This document shows, piece after piece, positions 40,601 to 52,142 of a stretch of DNA of 64,000 nucleotides. Origin of the DNA: Cenococcum geophilum (taxonomy: Eukaryota). Location: NCBI GenBank assembly GCA_050273025.1, contig CP158635.1, positions 186,001-250,000 of the forward strand, read 5' to 3'. Made by a program: the position numbers and the translations under genes. The first letter of the stretch is position 1, and each line of letters opens with the position of its first letter. The notes under the pieces were generated by a model that did not search any database, was not told the origin of the DNA, and saw nothing but the letters and a program-made list of their open reading frames with translations.

Positions 40601-40859
40601 TAGTTAACTGTATATTTAACTACTGATCAGTGTTGGTCACATAGGGTGACTTACCAATAACGACTACTCGAGTAGGGTTATAGTGATGTTGGGTAATAAA
40701 GCTTATTTATTAGAATGAGGAAGGGCGAGGAACTTAAGGCTCCTCGCTACGCTAGTGCCGCGGCGACACGTAATGGCAACTTGCTATCACGTAATGGCAA
40801 CTTGCCATCACGTGACGGCAGTTTGCCGTACGTGACGGTAACTTGCCTCATTTTTGACA
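34686..40859 (-). mobile_element. Ty1/Copia LTR retrotransposon family B, copy B2, full length (6174 bp)
   Basis: LTRs 34686-34893 (208 bp) and 40631-40859 (229 bp, TG...CA intact); TSD TTTAT (34681-34685 / 40860-40864). pol colinear with B1; CTGATCAG palindrome at 40623-40630. Confidence 0.95.
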
Positions 40860-43266
40860 TTTATAAAATAAGATATATTTACTATTATAATTTTTTAAGC
40901 AAGATAGCCTACTAGACTTTTTGCACCTAGTCTCCCCTAAATAGCTAAAAAAAAACAAAAAAAATAAGGTAGAATTATTACTAAAACCTAATGTTTGTAT
41001 CAATTTAATAATACAATTAAGTTATATCCAGGGGCACGAAATACGTATAGTATCGTATACTCTTTTAGATAGTGGTAACTATTAATTCTATTAAGGTAGA
41101 CTACGTGGTCTATATACTAATGCGCCTCCCCCCTAATTAGTTAGTATGTAGGTAGTTAGTGCACCAAATACGTAACTACGCGTTTGGTATACCACGTGCT
41201 ATAATTATACACTAGCGGCACTTAAAAATAACTCAATTGTATAACTTCCGTAATCGCTTTAATAGAGCCGTAAAATATAAAGGAAATATATAGGAAATCC
41301 CTCCCGAGGTGCCTTCTAGGCTGCCTTCTAAACGGTGCTCTAAGTTAGCCGTAAGTCCTACTTACGGTCCGTAAAATAAACTATACGGCCTTTTAACGGG
41401 CCGTAGATAAACTATACGGCCTTCCGGCGGGCCGTAAATGAACTGTAAGTGCTCTGTTAGTCTCGTTCCACCTATTCTATAACCTTTAAATTAAGCTTAT
41501 TTATATTAATTAGGGTTTCAAGGGCTTAATATAGCTTTGCCTTAGTTATAGCGTCCACTAAGTTGTCTCCGCTACTAATCCATTTAACCTCTATAATTTC
41601 ACGTTATTTATAGGCCTGACGTAAGCATATTAGGTTAACCATAAGCCTCTTCTCCTATATTATGCCTAGTTTAACTATATAGTCGTAAAGGGACTTTAAG
41701 TCAGTGCATAAAACTAGGGGTAATTGCTCCAATTATAGGATCTTCTGGATTATTAACTTAATTGCGGCTCCTATATTAAAGCTATAAGCTAGTGCGTATA
41801 GCTTAGAAGCTAATATGCTATGGGTTACTCATTTGCATTTAATTAAAGACTAATATAGTATATTTGCGTCTTGGTTACAGTCCGTAAGTATAATTATAAA
41901 GCCAATCTATAATAATAGGTTCCTATTATTGGCAAAGGAGGCGTCTATAAATACTAGTACGCTAAGGGAATTTAGGTCTAGTGGTATAAAAGTAAGTCCT
42001 CTTATTGCATTATTAATTTACTACTAAATACGCTTATTTAACTACTTAATATTTTCCTCTCACGGATCTATTACCTGGGCCGTAAAGGATAAATTATAGG
42101 TAGATTTGGGTTAACAGACTATGGTAATATAGGCGCCTCTTACACGCTATGCAACATATTAGTCCTTTATATTTATAGTTTTACGGGTTTCTTTATAGGA
42201 ACTAGTAAGGTCTGTAGGCTTTGCTATAATAAGCCTTAGGTTTTAAGCTTGACGTTCCTAAGTTAGCTTAATTAAGTTGCCCTTTTATATAATTAAGCCT
42301 CCGTTAAACTTAATTGGAGTCTACTTAGTTAACTGCTCTTACGGCTTTGCTAAGAACTTTACCTCTTATAGTTTAGTCTCTTTAGCGTCTACAAAAGTCC
42401 GGTCCGCTAAGAAGAGGGTATTATCCGTTTAGAGTCTAATAATACTAAGGCCGTTTAATGGAGTGTATAAGAGGCAGGGGTTGTAGGTTAACTATTCCAT
42501 TTTAAGTTTACTAATATAGTGCTAGTAATACGTTTTAAACCAATAGTTTCTAGCTTCTAGTACTTTATAAAGGGGTTTTATAACCTATAAAATTATTCCT
42601 AGTTGTAAATTAAGCTTAAGGGGTAGTTGTATAAAGATGTCTCTACTTAAGTAGGTATTAGACTATATATAGGCTTGCGAGATATCCCGTAAATAGAGGG
42701 CTATAGGCTTAGTTTGCTGTAGTCTAGGCGTAAGTATAAGTATAATCCATTAACTAACTCGTTAAATTGTAGGTAATTGCGTAAGGACTAAGTCCTTTCC
42801 CTAGTCGTTATAAGCTTATATAATAAGCCTTAATTTCTTAAAGACTTTATTAGTACTAGGGTGCTTAATCTTATTAATAAAGCGTAAGTTAAATATATAG
42901 ACGCCTTACGGGACGTCTTTCTCTATTATAACTGTAAAGACGCCCTTTTTAAGTAGTCCGTTAATCTCTTTACGTCTTAAGTCCGTAAAAGGGTTTTCCT
43001 ATACTAGAACTAATATATCTATAGGCGGAGGTTGCCTTATAGATGTGCTTATAGAGGTTAAATAATTCTTTATTATAGGGTTCTTAGTTATAGGGTGCTT
43101 TTAGGGGCGTCCTTAGCCACGCTTTATGGTAGGTTTAGTAGGTTTAGTAGGTTTCTAAGGGACTTCTAGAGTAGGTAGAGGTGCTTCTAGTTTATCTAGT
43201 TTAATGGTATAGGTATTTTTAGACCAAAAATAGGGTTTTACGAACATGCTTTTAAAGCTAGTTAGT

Positions 43267-46200
43267 TATAAGGGATATTATTACGGACGCCTTAGGTTGC
43301 CCTTAGGACAACCCTTAAATAGTCGCCAGTTACGTGCTAGAGGCACATGCCCGTAGTATATAGTCTCCACAATTTTAGAGGCCTTACCTCCTTAAGGATT
43401 TATCTCTCTTACTAATCTATCCTCTTCCACAATCGTGTCCTTATAGCCCCCTGTCTACAAAATCCCCTTATATTTAAATCCTTCCTACTCCTTTTTAGAA
43501 GGGTAGTTGGCTTTAAGAACCAGATTATTTATAACCACTATCCTCCTTTAAAAATCTCGCGATAACCTAAATAGAAACTCCACGGATACCTTATGGAAAG
43601 CCATTGCGCAAAGGTAGAAAGGTCCCTCTAATAGCGAGAGATTGCGACAATATAACCCTTTAAGTAAGGTGGCTAAATAAGCCCTAATACCTAGATGCTT
43701 TAGAAGCTTAAAGACTCTTACACACCTATAGTTACCGCTAAGGAAAACGTAGACACCCTCTATAACGGTCGTAACGCTACTAGAAAGTAACTAGAACCCC
43801 TCTAGCCCCACCTAGGCTAATTAGAAGATTAAGCGCTAGAGGTAACTTTAAGATCTTCCCCTAAGCTAGAAATGCTAGAGGAATATACTAACGCATCTAA
43901 CTAGGGAACCAACTAGAACCCTCCCGGAAGACTACCGGCCTATAATTAGTATAGTAATAGTATATAGACTGCTTACGAGCTAAGCGGGCCTACCCCTTTA
44001 GGTAATTTAAGCTAATTACTAACTTAAGACCTAAGCCCTATTGGGAAGCCTATACTAGCTACTAGTACTAATACTACCTCTATAGTAGGAGCCTCCCTAG
44101 GCCCAAGTTTAGAAAGTTAAAAGCCCTATACTAACCTCCTCTAAAACGGATATTGGGAAGCTGTTATAAGGCTCTCAGAAGCTATATAGGAGGAAGCCAC
44201 TAATAAATATATTAGAACCCTTTAAGGGTAAATCTAAATCTAGTAAGGTCTAATCTAAGCTAGGTAAATTTTTTTATAACCTAGTTAAGGCTAAGGGCTT
44301 CCTAAGAGCTACTTAGTACCTACCTAAGAAGGTATAGAAAACTTAGAGAGTTATCTACGCTATAAATAGAAAAAGGATATAAACCGACTAGCTAAGGCCT
44401 CTAGTAGTTTAGAACTCCGCTATAAACCTAACACCCAGCAGTTAGACGATTAGGTTTATAAGGTAGACAACTTCTTTAAGATACTAATAATACGAGATAA
44501 TACTAAAGAGCGTATACGCTAGATTATTAGCAAGATTAAAGACCGATTACTAAACCAGATCGTACTTAATTAGCTTAATAAAGAGTAAATTACTATATAG
44601 CCACAGCTGCAAACCTTTCTAAAGAAATAGACTTAAGATCCGTATATTATATAATATAATAATATAGAGCTATTCTGGAATAGGATATAGCTAGACCACT
44701 ATAACTTCCGCTAGTTTATAAACTTCGTAGAAACTTATACTTAGTAGATAAATCTAGAGCCCTTTAAAAATAAGGACGGTAGCATCCATAAGAAGGAGAA
44801 GATTAGGTTTATCTAGGCTAGAATTAAGCTAGCAATTCGTAACGAAATAAAGCGCGTAGGAGCTTTATTGCGGATCACTATATATATAGATTTCGAACGA
44901 GCAGTTCTAAACGCTAAAGATACGGTAAGGAACCAGACCTCTTCTAGTAGGAAGCTAGGGGGTCACTAAAAGCGTAGGCACTTTAGTAGTAATATAGGGT
45001 AGACCTAACCTTTAAAGAAGCCATTCTTAAAGAGAACTTTAAAGGGGTTAAAGTTAGGAACCTTAAATAACGGGAAAGACTCCTAGGGTTAACCTAATAC
45101 CTATTTAGCACCTTTATGGGAACACTCTAAGAAGTTAAGAGAAAATTCCAGAGGTAGATCCTATTGGAAAAACAAGTAGGGCAATAACCGCACTAATAAT
45201 CTAAAAAAAGAAAAGCCCTAGTCGCGGACCTCTTTTAGCTGTAACTAGGGCAAGATATGGAAGGAGAGACTCTCCGTATTACTATTAAGCTGGAAATAAT
45301 ACTCCCTATAGGTAAGGTACGACAGTTCTAAGCACTATATAATAGCGGCGCCGAAATTAATCTTATACAATACGATTTGGTAAAAGAGCATAAACTTACC
45401 CCATTGAAAAGGCGGCGGAAACCTATTATAGGCTTCCTAGATAAGCATTGGATTAAGCTATATAATGCCTATAAGCTTATAGTATTAGTAGCCAATATAT
45501 ATAACCGCACTAAGATAGTTAGCCCGCAACCCTTCTGGGCGGCTAACTTCGTATATTATAACTTTATCCTTAGAATCCCTTAGCTTGCAGAAGTAGATTT
45601 TAAGATACGCTTTAAGACTAGAGCCTTTAAATAGTAGAATAATAAAGATTTGGAAGGGCGTATATTACTAATAAGCTTAAAGAATATCCTAGAGAATGTA
45701 GCCCTAGGCGAAATAGTATATGCTCTATACCCAAAGGAGTATTAGATTTAACCCCTATTTAATAGTAAGATAGGTATAGAGCCTAGTATAGGTAATAACC
45801 CCTTTATAATAAAGACCCTATAGGGAACTGCTGGATAAGTCACAGAGATATTATAGGGAGGCGGCGATCTTAAGGATCTTATAAGATACTTTAACCGCTA
45901 TAGGTTACTCTAGCTTAAGCAATATGCGGAGAGTATACTACAGCACCTTAAACGCTGCGTTAAGGAGTTCTCTACCCTCTACTAGCTACCGCATAAAACG
46001 GTTTAACGTATAGTGGCAACTATATATAAGCAACTACTATAGCGTATAACGCTGCCCGTAAGTATTTTAAGGAAGCTCTAAGATCTACCTAACGATAATA
46101 TAAAGGATAAACGCGACCTTAATTTGTTAAATATTCTAGTAGGCCTAAGGGACTTACTAAGGGTATTTTCGGGCAGGAGAGTAAAAGTCCTACCGTAGAA

Positions 46201-49200
46201 CTTAAAGTACAATTATATAATTAATCTAGAAGAAGGTAAACAACCGCTAAATCTTCCTATCTATAACCTCTCGCGTAAAGAGCTTAAGATCCTATAGGAG
46301 CACCTTAATGGGTTACTAGAAAAGGGGTGGATCCGGCCTAGTAAGTTACCGTTAGGCACACTAATCCTTTTTATCCCAAAATTAGATAGAACTATAAGGC
46401 TATGCGTAGACTATCGCGGTCTTAATAAGATTATAATTAAGAACCGTTACCTACTACCACTGGTTAGTAAAATGCTGGATTAACTATCTAGGGCGAAGAT
46501 CTTTATAAAGCTAGATTTATAAGACGCCTACTATAGGCTCCGTATTAAAGAAGGGGATAAGTAAAAGACCGCTTTTAAGACCTAATACGGCCACTTTAAG
46601 TATCTAGTAATGCCTTTCGGGCTAGCTAATACGCCTATAACATTCTAATTATACATTTATAAAGCCTTAGGGGGACTAGTTAACCGTATATACGTTATGT
46701 ATTTAGATAACATCTTAATCTATTTAGAAGATAAGGATTAACACGAGTAACATATCCGCGAAGTACTAGAACATTTAAATAATTAGGGCCTCTACGCTAA
46801 GGCGTTAAAGTATATCTTTAATACTAAGCAGGTTAAGTTCCTGGGTTATATTATAACGCCTATAGGTGTAGTTATAGACCTAGTACGGGTGTAGATAATT
46901 TAGGAGTAGCTAGAGCTAAAGAGCTACTGGGATATTTAAGTGTTTCTAAGCTTTGCCAATTTTTATAGGCGCTTTATCTATAACTACTTAGACGTTACCT
47001 AATACCTATCTAACTATATTATAGAAGCTTTTTAAGACCTAACCTAAGGAGCAAAAAGCTTAAAGGCGGCAAGGAAGAAAACTAAGAAGGGACTAACTAA
47101 ATAGTATAAGCTATGGTTATAGCCCGGAAAGGTTTAAAAGGCCTTCTAGGAACTTCGCGTAAAGTTTATAAAAGCTCTATTACTACGGCATTTTAACCCA
47201 GATTAGCTATTAATAATAATCACTAATATATTAAATTTTGCCCTTATTAGTATCCTACTATAACCTAATAGGTATCCAAACGCTACCTAGCTCTATTAAA
47301 GACTAGTAGTATTTTATAGTAGAAAATTCTAGGGACCTAAAGTTAGGTATTATACCCACGATAAGGAACTGCTAGCTATAGTTAACTGCTTTAAATAGTG
47401 GCAACACTACCTTAAGTACGCGAGCTATACTACTTGTGTACTTTTAGATTACTATAATTTACACTACTTTATAACTATAAAGGAGCTTACACCTCGACAA
47501 GCTAGATAGGTAGAGGAGCTCGCGCGATTTGATTTTAAGATTAAATATAAGCTAGGGGAAAACAACCCTGCTAATAGACTGTTACGACGGCTAGACTATA
47601 CCAAAGGCTTTAAAACGGAAGAAGGAAAACAAATAATAGATATCTTACTCCCTATATTATAGAACAAGCTCTAGGTATAGGATGCTTAAGTATTTATAGC
47701 TCTATACACCGAGTCTTAGGCGGTATAAGCCCTATTAGTTTCCACTAATGTTTTAGCTAGTACCCGGTCCGTTACTAATAAGGGTTTAAATATACCTAGA
47801 TAGGACGTCCCTAATATATTCTTAGAACCTAGTAATATACTATCCCTAATTACTAAGCTATCCCCTTAAACTAATAGCGAAGCTATAAAGTAATTGGAAC
47901 TCGGAGCCCTATAATAACTAAAGGACTTTAACCTTATAGCGGCCTTCCTAATGTACGCGCATTAAAGAGTTGTAAGATCTATGGTACTATCTAGTCTTAT
48001 ACTTAGAGCAGTATAGGACGAAATAGCTTTTACCTAGGAACTATCTAAAGGGTTAATGGATTTTATCCATAAGGTGCAACGGAGGGACGCTTTTTATACT
48101 ATCCTTAATGCGAAAGTAGACCAGAAACGTAACGGAAAGAAAGCTGCTAGGCGCCACTATTGGGAACTAGACCCAATAGGCCTACTACGTAGAGGTGGTA
48201 AGGTTTAAGTGCTATAAGAAGCAAATCTACAACAGAAGATTTTTATAAAGAATTACGATAATCCTCTAGGCGGCCACTATGGTTAAGTAAAAATAGTGGA
48301 ATTACTTTAGCGTAAATACTATTGGCTAAGGCTTAATCGAGAAGCAAAGGAGTATATTAGCTATTGCGAGAAGTGTTAAGTATATAAGATCCGTAGGCAT
48401 AAGCTATAGGGTCTACTTAAATTAGTTCCCCCCGCTAGTAAGTAATAGCAATATTACGCTATAGACTTTATTACGGATCTCCTACTATCTAAAGATGGCT
48501 AAGGACGAATATATAATTTGGTCCTTGTATTTATTAATAGGTTTTTAAAGTACGTCTAATACCTTTCTGTTAATAAGATAATTAACGTATAAGAGCTCGC
48601 CAACTTAATTAAGGAGAAATGCTTTCTTAAAGTAAATTAGCTATACTCCATTATTACTAATAGGGGTAGCGTCTTTATAAGCTAATACTAGTCGGACCTA
48701 TACTTCTATTTAAAGATAGACCACTATTATAGTACGGCTTTTTACCTATAAATAGATGGGTAAACGGAACGCCAGAACTAGGAACTAGAGTCTTACCTAC
48801 GGATATACTTAAACTACTAGTAAGACAACTAGTGCGAGCTACTTCTATACGCGGAGTACGCTTACAATTTAAAGCAATATATATTATATAAGTATGCACT
48901 AATCCAGATTGCCTATAGCGTATAACTATTTGGGTTTAATAGTATACCCAATAATCACTAGCTAAGGCCGCATAATTAGTTATAGGATCCTATTAGGAAG
49001 TTTAAGAATATCCACTAGAGAGTATAAGGATACCTTTAGGAATAGGAGGAGTAATAGAAGTATATAAAGTAGAGCCTATAAGATGCCTAAGAGCAGTAAA
49101 GACTTTAGTATAACTATAAGCACTAGGATAAGCATTTCGGAGTAGGCGATAAGGTTCTATTACGTTTAACGAATATTAAAACCCGTTAACTATTAAAGAA

Positions 49201-52142
49201 GCTTAATATAAAATACCTAGGTCCCTTTTAAGTTAAGGAACGAATTAATAAGCTAGTTTACTGTCTCTAGCTACCCCTATCTATAGCCTATATGCATTTA
49301 GTGTTTTATATAAACCTACTAAAGCTATAGTATAGGCCACCGCTGGAAAAGAACTTCTGTCTAGGCCCAATTAAACACCTTAAGGTAGTGGGCGAGCGGT
49401 ATAAGGTTAAAGCTATACTACGCTATAAGTCTGTTAAGAATAAGCTTTAATTTAAAGTTAAATAGCTAGGCTGGCCCACTGAGGACTCTATATAGAAACT
49501 AGAGGATTACCTTAATTATTGCGAAGATATTCTAAAAGAATATTGGGACTAAGGTCTATAATCTATAAGTTATAGAAAGCGCTCTAATACTAAGTTATTA
49601 TCGCGACCTATAAAGAAAGCTCGCGAAAAGAGTAAATAGGTTAAATTGGATATAGGACGGATAGGCTCTAGAAACTATAGGGAGAGGGCTACAGCTTAAA
49701 GTAGAATGGGTCCTTAGCCTTTTTACGTATATAGTATAGAGTTAATAGGGCATTTTGCTAGAATTGCATTCCTATTTATTAATCTATACTAGGAATATTA
49801 TTTTTAGGGCTTCTAAGCCCTTTCTAAAAGCCTTATAAGGCCTTCCCGAGCACCTAATTAAGGTCCTTAATTGCTACTATATATAAGAACGAATCCTAAA
49901 AATCTAAACTATAAATGCCTAATCTAAAAAGCCACTACGCCTTATTATTATTAGAAGTAGGATTAGTATCTATTAGGCTACTAAGTAATAGCTAATAAGA
50001 ATAGGATCTAGATGCCTTAGTAGGCGTATAAGTAGGTATAAAAATAGGGGTAGGATGATAAGGTGTAGCTAGAGTAGAGACTTTTAAACGCTTAACACTA
50101 ATATTAGGTCTAAACTAATACCAACAAAGCTCTTATAGCGTAAGCTTATAATTAATAAAGATACGCTTAAGCCTAGAATAAATAGAGACGTTAGCTAGCT
50201 GGTATAGTCTAGAACTACCAAGACCTTACTACGGCAACTATTAGTTACTTATCCGCTAGGTACCTAAAGGGTAACCTACCTAATACTGCATTATGTTATA
50301 CTCTTTTAAAACTTAACGCGTATACGCAAACTCCTTCCTGTAGTAGACAGCGACCTTCTTCTTATTACCCCTATCCCGCACCCTATCCTCAATATACTAA
50401 CCTTACTCTTATATTAGGCGTTACTAGCTAGCTTGCTAAGAATTATAGGCGGTGTAGATGGCTGTGGTATAGTCTTAAATACGACTAAGACGTTTAGTAT
50501 TAGCGCTAGAATGAGATAAAGCCTAGGCAATATAGTAGTTAAGGACATTAAAGGATCGTTGCCACTTAGGCCTAGGCTATTAAAGCTTAAAGTTAGTAAT
50601 AGAAATCTATTAAGAATAGAAAAACTCACCTTAATATAACTGCCGCTCTTAGTATATATGCATTAATTATAAGGGCTAGAGGTATTAGATCTGATGTAGT
50701 GCGTTTTATTATAAGCCTCTAGAATCCTATTATTAGATTTCTGGTCTTTTAAAGACGTATAGGTAAAATCATTTAGGTAGGACCAGCACTAGTTGCGAGT
50801 TAGCGGAGGTTAGGGTTTTATATGCAAAGGTAAGGCTAGGATATACTATGGAATCTACTTAAAAGAGCAGTTAGTAGGAGAATAAAGAGGTATATTAAAT
50901 TAATAATAGAAAAAAAGAAAATCTTAATAATATATCGAAGATACGTCCAAAATTGGACAACGGTTAATGGTGAGAAGTAAGGTGTTTAAGAAAAGGAGCA
51001 GCTCGATAAGCAAGGTGTCTTTATACTTTACCTTCTAATATCCTTTTAGTAAATAGCCGCAACCTTACCAATATAACTCCGTTATAATAGCGCTATTTAG
51101 AAGGAAGGAAACACGCGTATAAGTTATTTAACTATTACTTCCTTACAAAAACTGACTACGCGGCGGGGGAAGGCAATTAAGACGTTAAATTAAAGATGTA
51201 TATGGGTTAAATTAGACCTAAAACGATACTATAGTATTAAAGAACAACGTTATAGACGTTCTTGACAATCGTATAATAGCTATAATTACTATCGCGAAAT
51301 GTCCCTATTTGCTAGGTAGTAGAGCTACGCTAAATATACGGCACAGGACTATTAGATTTAAAAGTATATGCACCAAATCTTAGGGGACAAGTCTCCTTAA
51401 TTAACTAATTAATACCTTAACTATATTTAATAGCCTAAGGGCAGATATAAGAATAATGTGTTAGTGACGTAGAGGATTATATAAAACGATTATAGATTAT
51501 ATCTTAATAGTTAAAGACGACGGCAAGTTAAGGCTTTATACGTTAAATCCTATACTAAAAGGTTCTACGGAACTATACTAGAACACCAAATTACCTATAA
51601 TACTTATAATTAATTACAGACCGGCATAAAGGCTTAGAAGTAGAGTTACATAAAAATCCCTATATTAGCCTAGGTAGTTACTAGTATGCTTCTAGTAGGC
51701 TTCTAATAGGTCTCCTAGTAATCCTTACGTCTTTTCTCCGGTTATATTTTTTCCTTATTAAGGTTTTTCAGGAGTTTAAAGTAGGGGTTAGATAGATAGA
51801 TGATATACAGCGGTATACTAATATCTCTTTAATATCTCTCCGAACCTCTTCCGTGACGAGCCCTTATAATCTCCCTATTATAAGGTAATGGCGATTAGGG
51901 GCCAACCGTAAGAAGGGGGGGGTAATCTAAGGGATATTATTGCGGACACCTTAGGTTACCCTTAGGATAACCCCTAGACGCCCCTTAGATAGTCGCTAGT
52001 TACGTACTAGAGGCACATGCCCGTAGTATATAGTCTCCACAATTCTAAAGGCCTTACCTCCTTAAGAATTCGTCTCTCTTACTAATCTATCCTATTCTAC
52101 AATCGTGTCCTTATAGCCCCCTATCTATAAGATCCCCTTATA
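43267..52142 (+). mobile_element. Ty3/Gypsy chromovirus family E, full length (8876 bp)
   Basis: LTRs 43267-43472 and 51926-52142; TSD TTAGT (43262-43266 / 52143-52147; the empty site in A1 is TCGGT). Protease L(C)DSGAE ~45334, RT YLDD ~46699, RNase H, integrase, chromodomain YEVEAIL...KWLGW ~49400-49510, 2.3-kb 3' region, PPT AGAAGGGGGGGG. Confidence 0.95.
49700..50860 (-). pseudogene. Antisense spliced accessory gene of Gypsy E with Cys6 motif
   Basis: Exon CWS(C)-x26-(C)-x8-(C)-x2-C-x7-(C) at ~50790-50635; donor GTGAGT at 50629, branch CTAAC 50596-50592, acceptor at 50586 or 50577. Limits approximate. Confidence 0.55.
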
